A stretch of DNA of 64,000 nucleotides from Longimicrobiales bacterium (GCA_041690395.1 JAWLHJ010000001.1:864001-928000); one strand, 5' to 3'; numbered from the stretch's first letter, positions 48,527 through 57,210 are shown. Numbers and translations are program-made. The notes: a model not told the origin generated them from the sequence alone.

Positions 48527-51466
48527 CTAGGAGGGAGAGAACTCGTACTTTCGTTGCCGGTCCAAGAAGGCCTCCTCACCGCCCTCCAGCACCTCACACA
48601 CATGTTCGCGTGTGCCTTTAGTAGCGAGCACGCTGGCATCCTCGGCCGGCGGGCGGGTGTGTTCGAGTGCCCCCCCACGGTACTCAAAACGTGGAAGGCC
48701 GACCGGCTTCTCGCCGGGCCCGTACTGATGCGCCACCAGTACGCACTCCGAGTCCGTTGACACGACAAGATTGGCGTTGTGGGTGACCATGAGGATCTGT
48801 CTCTGAGACTTCCGATCACGAACTGCGTGCCGGAGCTGAGAGAAGACGGTTCGGTTGTCGAGGTTGTCTTCAGGCTGATCAATGAGAATAGGGTGGGTAG
48901 CGCCGCTCTTCTCTAGCAACAGGCGAAGGAGCACCATACCCCGCTTGCCCGGAGACATCCTCTGGAGGTCGTCGCCAGCGTGCTGCAGCGATAGGTGCAG
49001 CCGATACCTGTCTCTAGCTAGGGCCATCGCTACATCCAATGGTGAATACGACTTCTTGAGCTTCAATGTGCGCGCCGACTCGCGAGTAGTCAGGTCCGTC
49101 AGCATGGCCTCGACGTTCAGCCAGTGCTGTTCGGTACCCGGGTACGAGTAGCCGTCCACCGAGTAACTTAGGCCTTCGATGTTGTCGAACTTCTGTCTAC
49201 CATCGAGCCCCTCGAAGAGCTGAGCGGCGAAAGCCGAAGCGTCGAAGCTTGTCTCGGCGATGAGCCGCACGTCGCCTGCGATGTCCATGCCCCCGCCACC
49301 GAGGAACTCGGCGATGAATGCCTCATGCGCACTGTGAACCTGCCGGTACGCATCCATGATCCGGGAGATCCCATCGCTTAGGCGGCGGCGCAGCCGTGCG
49401 AGTCTCTTCTCTTCCTCTTCGATCTGCAGCAGTTGCTTCCGCTGCTTTGCTTCTGCCTCTGCGAGGGCATCAGCCCGGGCCCGGCTGGAGAGCTTCGCTT
49501 GGTATGGTTCCAGCGCCGTATCGACTCCTGCTAAGTCCTCATCAACCTTACCTGCATCGGCAGTGACTTCAGCACGTATCTGGACCGTGTTCTGCTGGGC
49601 CTGATGGAAGGCCCTGGTGAGGGCCTGAGTGAGTTCCCCGGCCACCCTTCGTACTCCTGCACTTACCTGTGCACCCTCTTCCTCAGCCCCGAGGAAAGGA
49701 ATCAGTTCCTGAGCGACACGCCGGCGGATCCCCGGTAGAGCCTGTTCTAGCTCCTTGAGCTCGGTCTCTTCCGCACGTAGCTGTTGGGCCTGTCCCTCAA
49801 GCTCTTCACGTCTCCCCCGCAGTGCTGCGAAGTCCTCCTCCTCGTTCGGGGACATCCCGGCAGACTTGCGGATCTCCTCTTGTTCCTCTTTCAGGCGATC
49901 GATCTCCTCTTGGATCGCCTCGGCTTTGCCGAGGTCAGAAATCCGTTCGAGGACGCCGTCGGCCTGTCTACGGATTTCGAAGAGCCGCTGGACCTGCTCT
50001 GCGATGGTCGAGCGGTCTTGGGCAACTGAAGCCCTTAGGTCGTCCTCTGCGGCTGCGAACGAGTCATCCTCTCGAAGGAGTCGCAGAATCACGCCTTCCA
50101 GCTGGTCCTGGGAATCCGGCTCGGCGAGACGGTTTATGTAGTTCTGGGGCAGGTAGGTGATCCTCGAAGGAGCAACTTCGGCGCCTCCGAGTGTCTGGAT
50201 GTCGCCGTTCTTCCAGCGAACCTCGAAGCTGACATCCTGCTCAATCCGATCGTATGGCTCGTCGTCGCCATGGCGATCGCGGACCTGGGCAGGATCGATG
50301 GTCTTGGCTATGAAGTGGAGGAGGAGTGACTTCCCGGAAGACTTCCCACCGATGATGGTGGTAAGGGAAGGATTGATCTCTATCCACTCTTCTGAGACCT
50401 CCCCATGGCCGGCATCATCGAGGAACCGCACCGTGTCGATGATGCTGTTCCACGGGCGCTGGTCGGGGTGTGGCTCCTGTATCGTTACGCGGTCCGCAGG
50501 TTCGTAAAGAAGTTGCTTCAGACCCTCGAACGAACAGTCAGCCTTGACCCAGGTGTACCGATCGGTGTTCCCGTTGGAGGGGTGCAGCACAGCGTCGAGC
50601 TTCTTGGCGTCGGATCCCCAGACACACGGCTTGAGAGTCCGAAATCGCTTCAGGCACTCCTCGACAGGCGTGTCTTTGTGCCGACCTAGCAGGAACTCTC
50701 GATCTGACTTACTTGGTGAGAAAAACAGGTCCGAATCCCAGAGTACGCTTTCGCGAACAGCGGCCGCGTGTCCCTCCCAGGGGAGTTCCGAAAGGGAACC
50801 ATGCCCACTCCCCGCAACCGCAACCAAGTAACCCCGGCCTCCCCCAAGGGACTCATCGAGAGTCTTCAGAGTTGCCAGGAGGTTGTCTTGAGATACCGTC
50901 GCCACCTTGAGGGCGGCGCTCAGGAGCGCAACCTGCTCCGCCTCGGAAAGACCGCTCAAATCCTCACCAAGGTCGGGGCGGCCGCCCATCCCCTGCGCCT
51001 TGCCCAGAGCCAGAAGGTGTGCGCGGCTGAGGGTCATCCCCACGTTGCCCTGCTTCGGTGCCAGGGTGAGTTGCGCCAAGAAGTCCGTTCGTAGGCGGGC
51101 TACCGATATCCGCGCCGGATCGAACAAGACATGCAGGTTTATCGCGTGGTTCTTCTCGGTGAGTTGAGACAAGCGAAGCTCGATACCCGGAATGACCGAC
51201 ATGGGCACCTCGTCTTCTTCAGACTTCCACGTGTGCCCTTCGGGGTCGTAGATGCGCCGCCCTATCAGCTGTTCGTACCCGTCGAACGTGAAGTAGTCGG
51301 ACAAGCAGATCGCGGCAATGTTGTGAGCGCGCGCTGCTGACGCGATGGCCGATGCGAAGGCTGACCAAGCGGCATCCCCTTGGCCGAACTCGGCGAAGGG
51401 AGAGGCGGGAGTGTGCACATGGAGGTCCCACCGCCTCCACGTGGATCCTCGCGTTGTATGAGACAC
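48527..51466 (-). CDS. PHP-domain/AAA (SMC-like) ATPase fusion, Ppl/TrlF-like putative anti-phage protein
   Basis: WDLHVHTP, GIELRL, NLHVLF, GSDAK; Walker A GGKSSGKS, YLPQ, coiled coil, SPGKRG, ILIDQPEDNLD, VTHN; GAGGAA SD before GTG. Confidence 0.85.
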   Translation of the reverse strand: MSHTTRGSTWRRWDLHVHTPASPFAEFGQGDAAWSAFASAIASAARAHNIAAICLSDYFTFDGYEQLIGRRIYDPEGHTWKSEEDEVPMSVIPGIELRLSQLTEKNHAINLHVLFDPARISVARLRTDFLAQLTLAPKQGNVGMTLSRAHLLALGKAQGMGGRPDLGEDLSGLSEAEQVALLSAALKVATVSQDNLLATLKTLDESLGGGRGYLVAVAGSGHGSLSELPWEGHAAAVRESVLWDSDLFFSPSKSDREFLLGRHKDTPVEECLKRFRTLKPCVWGSDAKKLDAVLHPSNGNTDRYTWVKADCSFEGLKQLLYEPADRVTIQEPHPDQRPWNSIIDTVRFLDDAGHGEVSEEWIEINPSLTTIIGGKSSGKSLLLHFIAKTIDPAQVRDRHGDDEPYDRIEQDVSFEVRWKNGDIQTLGGAEVAPSRITYLPQNYINRLAEPDSQDQLEGVILRLLREDDSFAAAEDDLRASVAQDRSTIAEQVQRLFEIRRQADGVLERISDLGKAEAIQEEIDRLKEEQEEIRKSAGMSPNEEEDFAALRGRREELEGQAQQLRAEETELKELEQALPGIRRRVAQELIPFLGAEEEGAQVSAGVRRVAGELTQALTRAFHQAQQNTVQIRAEVTADAGKVDEDLAGVDTALEPYQAKLSSRARADALAEAEAKQRKQLLQIEEEEKRLARLRRRLSDGISRIMDAYRQVHSAHEAFIAEFLGGGGMDIAGDVRLIAETSFDASAFAAQLFEGLDGRQKFDNIEGLSYSVDGYSYPGTEQHWLNVEAMLTDLTTRESARTLKLKKSYSPLDVAMALARDRYRLHLSLQHAGDDLQRMSPGKRGMVLLRLLLEKSGATHPILIDQPEDNLDNRTVFSQLRHAVRDRKSQRQILMVTHNANLVVSTDSECVLVAHQYGPGEKPVGLPRFEYRGGALEHTRPPAEDASVLATKGTREHVCEVLEGGEEAFLDRQRKYEFSPS

Positions 51467-51630
51467 CGTGTTCCTCGCGGTTGAACCTTTCCCAGAATGC
51501 GGCTCTGCTGCGGGACAACAATGTCGCACGGGAGCGTGGAGCGCCAGAAGAGTGTGCCCGGACCTGACACGCTACCTCTGAGGTAGGGGGTGCCTTGGAT
51601 TCTCCAGCACACCATCCCGCACACCAGAAC

Positions 51631-51668
51631 GAGAAAAGGGGACCCCTTGAGCAGGGACCCCCTTCTCC
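51631..51668 (-). terminator. terminator-like hairpin after tRNA-Pro
   Basis: GAAGGGGGTCCCT-GCTCA-AGGGGTCCCCTTTTC on minus strand. Confidence 0.6.
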
Positions 51669-51703
51669 GTAACCTGGCTTGACGCCAGTCCTTCTCGACA
51701 CAA

Positions 51704-51777
51704 TCGGGACGGCCGGATTCGAACCGGCGACCCCCTGAACCCCATTCAGGTGCGCTACCGGGCTGCGCCACGTCCCG
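51704..51777 (-). tRNA. tRNA-Pro(GGG)
   Basis: CGGGACG acceptor, CCTGA-ATGGGGT-TCAGG anticodon arm, GGTTCGAATCC. Confidence 0.95.
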
Positions 51778-52195
51778 TGGACGGTCAAACTATAGGCTTC
51801 CGATGGTGCCGGGAAGCGCGAGGTGCACAACGTACTGGTCGTGAACCCCATGGAGCTGCGGGCGGCTGCGCCGTCCTCGCTCAGCTCGCGGTGGGACAAG
51901 CCGGTTCTAGGTGGGCCGGCTGGCCGCTCGGTTCAGGTGCGCTACCGGGCTGCGCCACGTCCCGTGGACGGTCAAACTATAGGCTTCCGCGGGTGCCGGG
52001 AAGCGTGCGGTGCACGACGAGCCGGTCGTGAACCCCATGGAGCTGCGGGCGGCTACGCCGTCCTCGCTCAGCTCGCGGTGGGACGGCTCGGCCCGAGGTG
52101 AGCGGGGCTGGCCGCTCGGTTCAGGTGCGCTACCGGGCTGCGCCACGTCCCGTGGACGGTCAAACTATAGCGATCCGCGGGTGTCGGGAAGCGTG
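51736..52195 (-). repeat. ~187-bp tandem repeats with upstream region, tRNA-Pro 5' half and ~81-nt insert
   Basis: TTCAGGTGCGCTACCGGGCTGCGCCACGTCCCGTGGACGGTCAAACTATAG recurs at 51745, 51932, 52120. Confidence 0.9.
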
Positions 52196-52232
52196 ACCCA
52201 CTCGCTCCCTCTCCCCCCACCCGTTAGCGTCC

Positions 52233-53537
52233 GTGGTGCCGAATCGCATCCGCATGGCGCTCCGGGCGCTCCGTCACCGCAACCTGCGGCTCTTCTTCGC
52301 CGGCCAGGGGATCTCCCTCGTCGGGACCTGGATGCAACAGGTCGCCATGAGCTGGCTGGTCTACCGGCTGACCGACTCCGCATTCCTCCTCGGCGTCATC
52401 GGCTTCTCGAGCCAGTTCCCGTCGCTGGTGATGGCTCCGTTCGCGGGCGCTCTGGCGGATCGATGGAGCCGATACCGGATGGTCGTGACGACGCAGACGC
52501 TCGCCATGATCCAGGCGGTCGTCCTCGCGGCGCTCGTCATGGGCGACGCGATCGCGGTCTGGCACCTCATCGTCCTGGCCGTCGTCGCGGGCGTGATCAA
52601 CGGAGTGGACATCCCGGCGCGACAGGCGCTCCTGGTGAAGCTGGTCGATGGCCAGGAGGACCTGCCGAACGCCATCGCGCTGAACTCGTCGATGTTCAAC
52701 GCCGCTCGGCTCGTGGGTCCGGCGCTCGGAGGCGTGCTGATCGGAGTGTGGGGCGAGGGCCCGGTGTTCGTGCTGAACGCGGTGAGCTTCGTCGGCGTCC
52801 TCGGAGCCCTCGCGATGATGCGCCTCCCGGGAGGTCGTGGAGAGCGCGCGGGCCCGGTCCTGCGGCACATCAAGGACGGCTTCGACTACGCGTTCGGCTT
52901 CCCTCCGATCCGCGATCTACTGCTGGTGCTCGCCGGGATCTCGCTCCTGGGGATCCCTTACGTGATCCTCTTCCCCGTTTTCGCGCGGGACATCCTCGGG
53001 GGTGATGCGTCGACGCTCGGGCTGCTGACGGCCTGCTCCGGGGCGGGTGCGCTGGCGGGTGCGCTCCATCTCGCGTCGCGGGATACCGTGCGTGGTCTCG
53101 GCCGGGTCATCGCTCGGGCCGCGGGCTTCTTCGGCCTCACCGTGATCGGCTTCGCCCTGTCGACGAACCTGGTCGTGTCGTGTGTCATGCTCGCGATCGG
53201 GGGCTACGGCCTGATGCTCACCACGGCATCGATCAATACGGTGCTCCAGACACTCGTCGGCGAGGACATGCGGGGACGGGTGATGAGTCTCTACACGATG
53301 GCGTTCATGGGGATGATGCCGATCGGCAGCCTGGCGGGCGGCGCGGTTGCGAGCCGGCTGGGCGCGCCATTGGCCGTCGCTCTGGGGGGCGCAGGCTGCC
53401 TTCTGCTGTCGCTCTGGTTCCGGGGGCGGATCCCACCGCTCAGAGAGCTCGTGCTGCCCGTGTACGAGGAGCGCGGCGTGCTTCCGGAGGTCGCGCGTGG
53501 TATCCAGGCCGCGGGGGAGATCCGACCGCGCGCCTGA
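52233..53537 (+). CDS. MFS transporter (DUF894-like)
   Basis: ALRHRNLRLFFAGQGISLVGTWMQ, NAIALNSSMFNAARLVGPA, RGRVMS. Confidence 0.9.
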   Translation: MVPNRIRMALRALRHRNLRLFFAGQGISLVGTWMQQVAMSWLVYRLTDSAFLLGVIGFSSQFPSLVMAPFAGALADRWSRYRMVVTTQTLAMIQAVVLAALVMGDAIAVWHLIVLAVVAGVINGVDIPARQALLVKLVDGQEDLPNAIALNSSMFNAARLVGPALGGVLIGVWGEGPVFVLNAVSFVGVLGALAMMRLPGGRGERAGPVLRHIKDGFDYAFGFPPIRDLLLVLAGISLLGIPYVILFPVFARDILGGDASTLGLLTACSGAGALAGALHLASRDTVRGLGRVIARAAGFFGLTVIGFALSTNLVVSCVMLAIGGYGLMLTTASINTVLQTLVGEDMRGRVMSLYTMAFMGMMPIGSLAGGAVASRLGAPLAVALGGAGCLLLSLWFRGRIPPLRELVLPVYEERGVLPEVARGIQAAGEIRPRA

Positions 53538-53561
53538 GGACGGCGCCCGACACAGCTTCCG

Positions 53562-53906
53562 TCAGAGATCCTCGAAGAGTTCCTGGGTCTTGGCGGCCAT
53601 GATGAAGTCGTTCTTGTGCAGGCCGTCCACGGCGTGGGTCCACCAACGCACGGTCACCTTGCCGTACTCGGTGAGGATGGCCGGGTGGTGGCCCTCCTCC
53701 TCGGCCAGCGCGCCCACTTCGTCGGTGAACGCGATCGCCTCGGCGAAGTCGGGGAAGGCGAACGTGTGTCGCAGCTGGGGCACTCCGCCGACGTCGATGA
53801 TCTCCCACTCCGGGACCTGGGCGTGGAACTCCCGCCGGTCTTCGGCCGACACGGGCTTCGAGTCGGGGCCGCAGGCTTCGCAGGTGGCTTCGGTCAGATC
53901 GGGCAT
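53562..53906 (-). CDS. phhB: pterin-4-alpha-carbinolamine dehydratase
   Basis: AEEEGHHP, WWTHAVDGLHKNDFIMAAKT. Confidence 0.9.
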   Translation of the reverse strand: MPDLTEATCEACGPDSKPVSAEDRREFHAQVPEWEIIDVGGVPQLRHTFAFPDFAEAIAFTDEVGALAEEEGHHPAILTEYGKVTVRWWTHAVDGLHKNDFIMAAKTQELFEDL

Positions 53907-53998
53907 ATGTGCTCCTGAGCGGGAGGTCGGGTTGGGTCGGCCTCGTTTTACCCTGGGCCGGGGATCACGGTCCGGAGCCCGATTGCGCGTCCGATGCG

Positions 53999-55246
53999 TT
54001 ATGCTCCGGGCCAGAACAGGATCATGCCGATGCCCAGGGCCGTGACCGCGCCCGCGACCCAGCCCAGCCGACGTGCGAGCTTCGCCCCTCCCAGTACCCA
54101 GGCGACGCCGATCTTGAAAAGGAGGTTCGACAGACTCGCGGCCACGATGAGGCGCCATCCGACCGACTCGTCGAGTCGATCGGACGCGACGAGCCGGGAC
54201 GTCGACAGGGTGATCGCGTCGATGTCGGTGAGGCCCGAAAGAAACGCCGTGGCGTAGAGCCCGGTGCTGCCCAGGTAGGCCTCCGCCGCCGCGACAGCCA
54301 GCAGAATGCCCGCATACAACACGCCGAACACGATCGCGGTTCGGAGGTGGGTCGGATTCTTCGGCTCGATGTGCGCGTCAGGCCCTTCGGAGGCCTTGGT
54401 CCACAGCAACATCGACGTCACGACGAAGGCGCCCAGCATGACGAGCACGGGCAGGGCCGCGGTGGACAGGAACGACGGGGCGACCGCGCCGATCTCGATG
54501 AGGATCCGGACGTACACGACGGCCGACGCCAGCCAGATGACGATCGCGGCGGCGTGCGGGGTCACGTCGCCGGAGCGAGCGTTCCGGGCATAGGCGAACG
54601 TCGTCGCCGTGCTCGAGACGACGCCGCCGAGCAGGCCGGCCACGGCGGTCCCACCTCGGTCACTCATCCATCGGAAGGCAGCGTACCCCGCCAGGTTGAT
54701 CCCCACGATGAGGACCACCATCCACCAGATGTTACGTGGGTTCAGGACGTCGAACGGCCCCATGCTCCGGTTGGGAAGCACGGGTAGGATGACGAGCGAG
54801 ATTACCACGAACTGCATGATGGCCCGCACGTCCTGGTCGGTCATGCGCGCGACCCAGCCCTTGAGCTCCTCGCGGAGGTGCAGGAGCATCGCCACGGCTC
54901 CCGCGAGCACGATCGCGACCGCCCGCGGACCGATCACCGTGAGCGCGCCGATCAGGTACATGACCAGCAGCGCCACCTCGGTGGTCTGCCCGGGCGTCGC
55001 GTCCCTCGCACGTATCTGGATCGCGTTGCCGATGCCCAGCACGCCGAGGACTGCGAGCAGGCCCGCCACCACGACCCACACGCCCAGCGTCGATGACAGC
55101 ATAGCCGCCAGCGCGCCCAGAAGGCTGGCGAGGCCGAAGGTCTTGAGGCCGGCGAGCGGGTGGATGGTCCGCTCCTTCTGCAGCCCAACGAGAAGGCCGA
55201 GCCCCAGCGCGATCAGCGGATCGATGAAGGAAGGGTCGGAGAACAA
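53999..55246 (-). CDS. MgtC/SapB family membrane protein with DUF4010
   Basis: GLLVGLQKE, AGLKTF, LGGVVSSTATT, GLTDIDAITLS. Confidence 0.85.
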   Translation of the reverse strand: MFSDPSFIDPLIALGLGLLVGLQKERTIHPLAGLKTFGLASLLGALAAMLSSTLGVWVVVAGLLAVLGVLGIGNAIQIRARDATPGQTTEVALLVMYLIGALTVIGPRAVAIVLAGAVAMLLHLREELKGWVARMTDQDVRAIMQFVVISLVILPVLPNRSMGPFDVLNPRNIWWMVVLIVGINLAGYAAFRWMSDRGGTAVAGLLGGVVSSTATTFAYARNARSGDVTPHAAAIVIWLASAVVYVRILIEIGAVAPSFLSTAALPVLVMLGAFVVTSMLLWTKASEGPDAHIEPKNPTHLRTAIVFGVLYAGILLAVAAAEAYLGSTGLYATAFLSGLTDIDAITLSTSRLVASDRLDESVGWRLIVAASLSNLLFKIGVAWVLGGAKLARRLGWVAGAVTALGIGMILFWPGA

Positions 55247-55355
55247 GCGATGGCCGCCTTTTCGGTGAGTCGTGCGCGTTCAGTAAGATGTATGATTCCA
55301 CGCCCGAAAGACCACCGGCGGAACGTGGTGCCTCGGACCATCCCGGCCCGACGGG

Positions 55356-55385
55356 TTGACCTCTCCTCCGGATGTGGTGTAGATT
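55356..55385 (+). promoter_or_regulatory. promoter of tRNA array
   Basis: TTGACC-N18-TAGATT, 10 nt upstream of tRNA-fMet. Confidence 0.65.
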
Positions 55386-55395
55386 CTCGGCCTAT

Positions 55396-55469
<74 letters not shown>

Positions 55470-55530
55470 TTGCTCGACAAGCGCCGCCGAGGGGTGGCGC
55501 TTGCCACGTACGGACGATGGGAGCCGCGTT

Positions 55531-55602
55531 TTGCCGAAATCGATGCTCTGGACGGTGTCCGACACGTGGAGCCCGCGCATGCGGGCGGGGGGAAGGGCCT
55601 AG
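55531..55602 (+). CDS. putative leader peptide MPKSMLWTVSDTWSPRMRAGGRA
   Basis: GGGAG SD 7 nt before TTG (alternative ATG 55543); TAG stop 27 nt before terminator. Confidence 0.6.
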   Translation: MPKSMLWTVSDTWSPRMRAGGRA

Positions 55603-55629
55603 CAAACCGCCGGCCCCTTCCTGGACATC

Positions 55630-55663
55630 CCGCCCGTGCCGCCAAGGCTCGGGCGGTTTTTTT
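55630..55663 (+). terminator. intrinsic terminator (attenuator) inside tRNA array
   Basis: CCGCCCG-T-GCC-GCCAA-GGC-T-CGGGCGG-T7, 5 nt before tRNA-Phe. Confidence 0.8.
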
Positions 55664-55668
55664 GTCGA

Positions 55669-55741
55669 GGCCAGGTAGCTCAGTTGGTAGAGCACATGAC
55701 TGAAAATCATGGTGTCGGCGGTTCGATTCCGTCCCTGGCCA
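55669..55741 (+). tRNA. tRNA-Phe(GAA)
   Basis: CATGA-CTGAAAA-TCATG. Confidence 0.95.
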
Positions 55742-55777
55742 TGGTGCACGCCCAGGGCTAGGGCGAGGGAAGACCAG

Positions 55778-55850
55778 AGGTCCGTAGCTCAATTGGTAGA
55801 GCACCGGTCTCCAAAACCGGCGGTTGGGGGTTCGAGTCCCTCCGGGCCTG
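55778..55850 (+). tRNA. tRNA-Trp(CCA)
   Basis: CCGGT-CTCCAAA-ACCGG. Confidence 0.95.
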
Positions 55851-55858
55851 TGTTGAGA

Positions 55859-55930
55859 GCCCCGGTCGTCTAATGGTTAGGACACCAGGTTTTCAACCTG
55901 GCAATCGGGGTTCAATTCCCCGTCGGGGTA
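55859..55930 (+). tRNA. tRNA-Glu(TTC)
   Basis: CCAGG-TTTTCAA-CCTGG. Confidence 0.9.
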
Positions 55931-55984
55931 TGGAGTATGGCGCCGCGAGTCAGAGTGCGCCGCGCAGGATCAGCAGGACACATA

Positions 55985-56058
55985 GGGGCTGTAGCTCAGT
56001 CGGTTAGAGTGCCGGTCTGTCACACCGGAGGTCGCGAGTTCGAGTCTCGTCAGCCCCG
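55985..56058 (+). tRNA. tRNA-Asp(GTC)
   Basis: CCGGT-CTGTCAC-ACCGG. Confidence 0.95.
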
Positions 56059-56126
56059 CTCCAAGTTTTTTGACAGCGAAGTCGTTGGACCCGCCTGGCT
56101 CGGCGGCTTCACCAGGTGATGCGTGA

Positions 56127-56199
<73 letters not shown>

Positions 56200-56236
56200 T
56201 CGTCGGACGACGGCCTCGCAGGTCATGGACGGCCAA

Positions 56237-56320
56237 GCTCGGGTGGCGGAATTGGTAGACGCGCAGGATTCAGGATCCTGTGGGGGTAACCCCGTGAGGG
56301 TTCGAGTCCCTCCTCGAGCA
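56237..56320 (+). tRNA. tRNA-Leu(CAG)
   Basis: CAGGA-TTCAGGA-TCCTG; long variable arm. Confidence 0.95.
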
Positions 56321-56367
56321 TTAGTCCGCCGTCCCGAGTGGGCGGTGTCGGTAGCATTGAAGGTCTT

Positions 56368-56451
56368 GCCCACGTGCTGGAATTGGTAGACAGGCTGGTT
56401 TGAGGGACCAGTGCCGGAAACGGCGTACAGGTTCGAGTCCTGTCGTGGGCA
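56368..56451 (+). tRNA. tRNA-Leu(GAG)
   Basis: CTGGT-TTGAGGG-ACCAG; long variable arm. Confidence 0.95.
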
Positions 56452-56583
56452 TTTTTGGCGGCGGCTTTCGCCGCTCGGCGGCGTTGGGCTGCGGGTCTCG
56501 GCTTGTGCGGCGTAGCGTGTGCTACGCCTCCGCGCCTCGCCCTTGCCCGCCTTGCCGAACGACGAAATCCACTCGCCAAAAAT
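56451..56583. repeat. 133-bp REP/MITE-like element
   Basis: ATTTTTGGCG...CGCCAAAAAT terminal IR; internal GGCGTAGC-GTGT-GCTACGCC hairpin. Confidence 0.55.
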
Positions 56584-56632
56584 CGCGAACACCGCGGTGG
56601 GCTGATCGCTTGATCAGCCACCGCCTTATCAT

Positions 56633-56706
<74 letters not shown>

Positions 56707-56732
56707 TTTTGAAGCAGTCTCGGTTGTGCGTC

Positions 56733-56806
56733 GGGCGCGTAGCTCAGTTGGTTAGAGCGCTACGTTGACATCGTAGAGGTCAGAGGTTCGAGTCCTCTCG
56801 CGCCCA
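56733..56806 (+). tRNA. tRNA-Val(GAC)
   Basis: CTACG-TTGACAT-CGTAG. Confidence 0.95.
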
Positions 56807-56829
56807 TCGTTTCAAGTGCCGTTTGTTTG

Positions 56830-56902
56830 GGGGCCGTAGCTCAGCTGGGAGAGCGCTAGAATCGCACTCTAGAGGTCAGGGGTTCGAGCCCCCTCGGCTC
56901 CA
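56830..56902 (+). tRNA. tRNA-Ala(CGC)
   Basis: CTAGA-ATCGCAC-TCTAG. Confidence 0.95.
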
Positions 56903-56908
56903 CTCATT

Positions 56909-56981
56909 GCCACCTTAGCTCAGATGGTAGAGCACGTCACTCGTAATGACGGGGTCGTCGGTTCAATTCCGACAGGTGGCT
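56909..56981 (+). tRNA. tRNA-Thr(CGT)
   Basis: CGTCA-CTCGTAA-TGACG. Confidence 0.95.
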
Positions 56982-56982
56982 C

Positions 56983-57055
56983 TGCCCCGTGGTGTAATTG
57001 GCAACACGCCGGATTCTGGCTCCGGAGAGTCTAGGTTCGAGCCCTAGCGGGGCAA
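56983..57055 (+). tRNA. tRNA-Gln(CTG)
   Basis: CCGGA-TTCTGGC-TCCGG. Confidence 0.95.
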
Positions 57056-57097
57056 CTCAGCATACAGGGAGCGTTCGAGGTGGACGATTCCTGCTTT

Positions 57098-57183
57098 GGA
57101 GGGATGGCCGAGTGGCTTAAGGCGGCGCCCTGCTAAGGCGTTGGACCGAAAGGTCCGCGTGGGTTCGAATCCCACTCCCTCCG
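57098..57183 (+). tRNA. tRNA-Ser(GCT)
   Basis: GCGCC-CTGCTAA-GGCGT; long variable arm. Confidence 0.95.
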
Positions 57184-57210
57184 CTTTGAGAAGGTCGGGC
57201 AGGTCTTCGG

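Larger units (their letters stand above)
47256..51702. mobile_element. integrase-less genomic islet at tRNA-Pro(GGG)
   Basis: 16-bp direct repeats of the tRNA 3' end; visibly more A/T-rich codons; defence-type cargo. Confidence 0.65.

Noticed and set aside
51852..52120. tRNA-Pro genes with anticodon-loop introns
   Set aside because: After the insert only 10 nt of tRNA resume; T arm and acceptor 3' strand are missing, and the insert is too short for a group I intron
55517..55678. Cys-rich ATG frame in the tRNA spacer as the leader peptide
   Set aside because: It lacks a good SD and runs through the terminator into tRNA-Phe; the 55531 frame has an SD and the correct stop position
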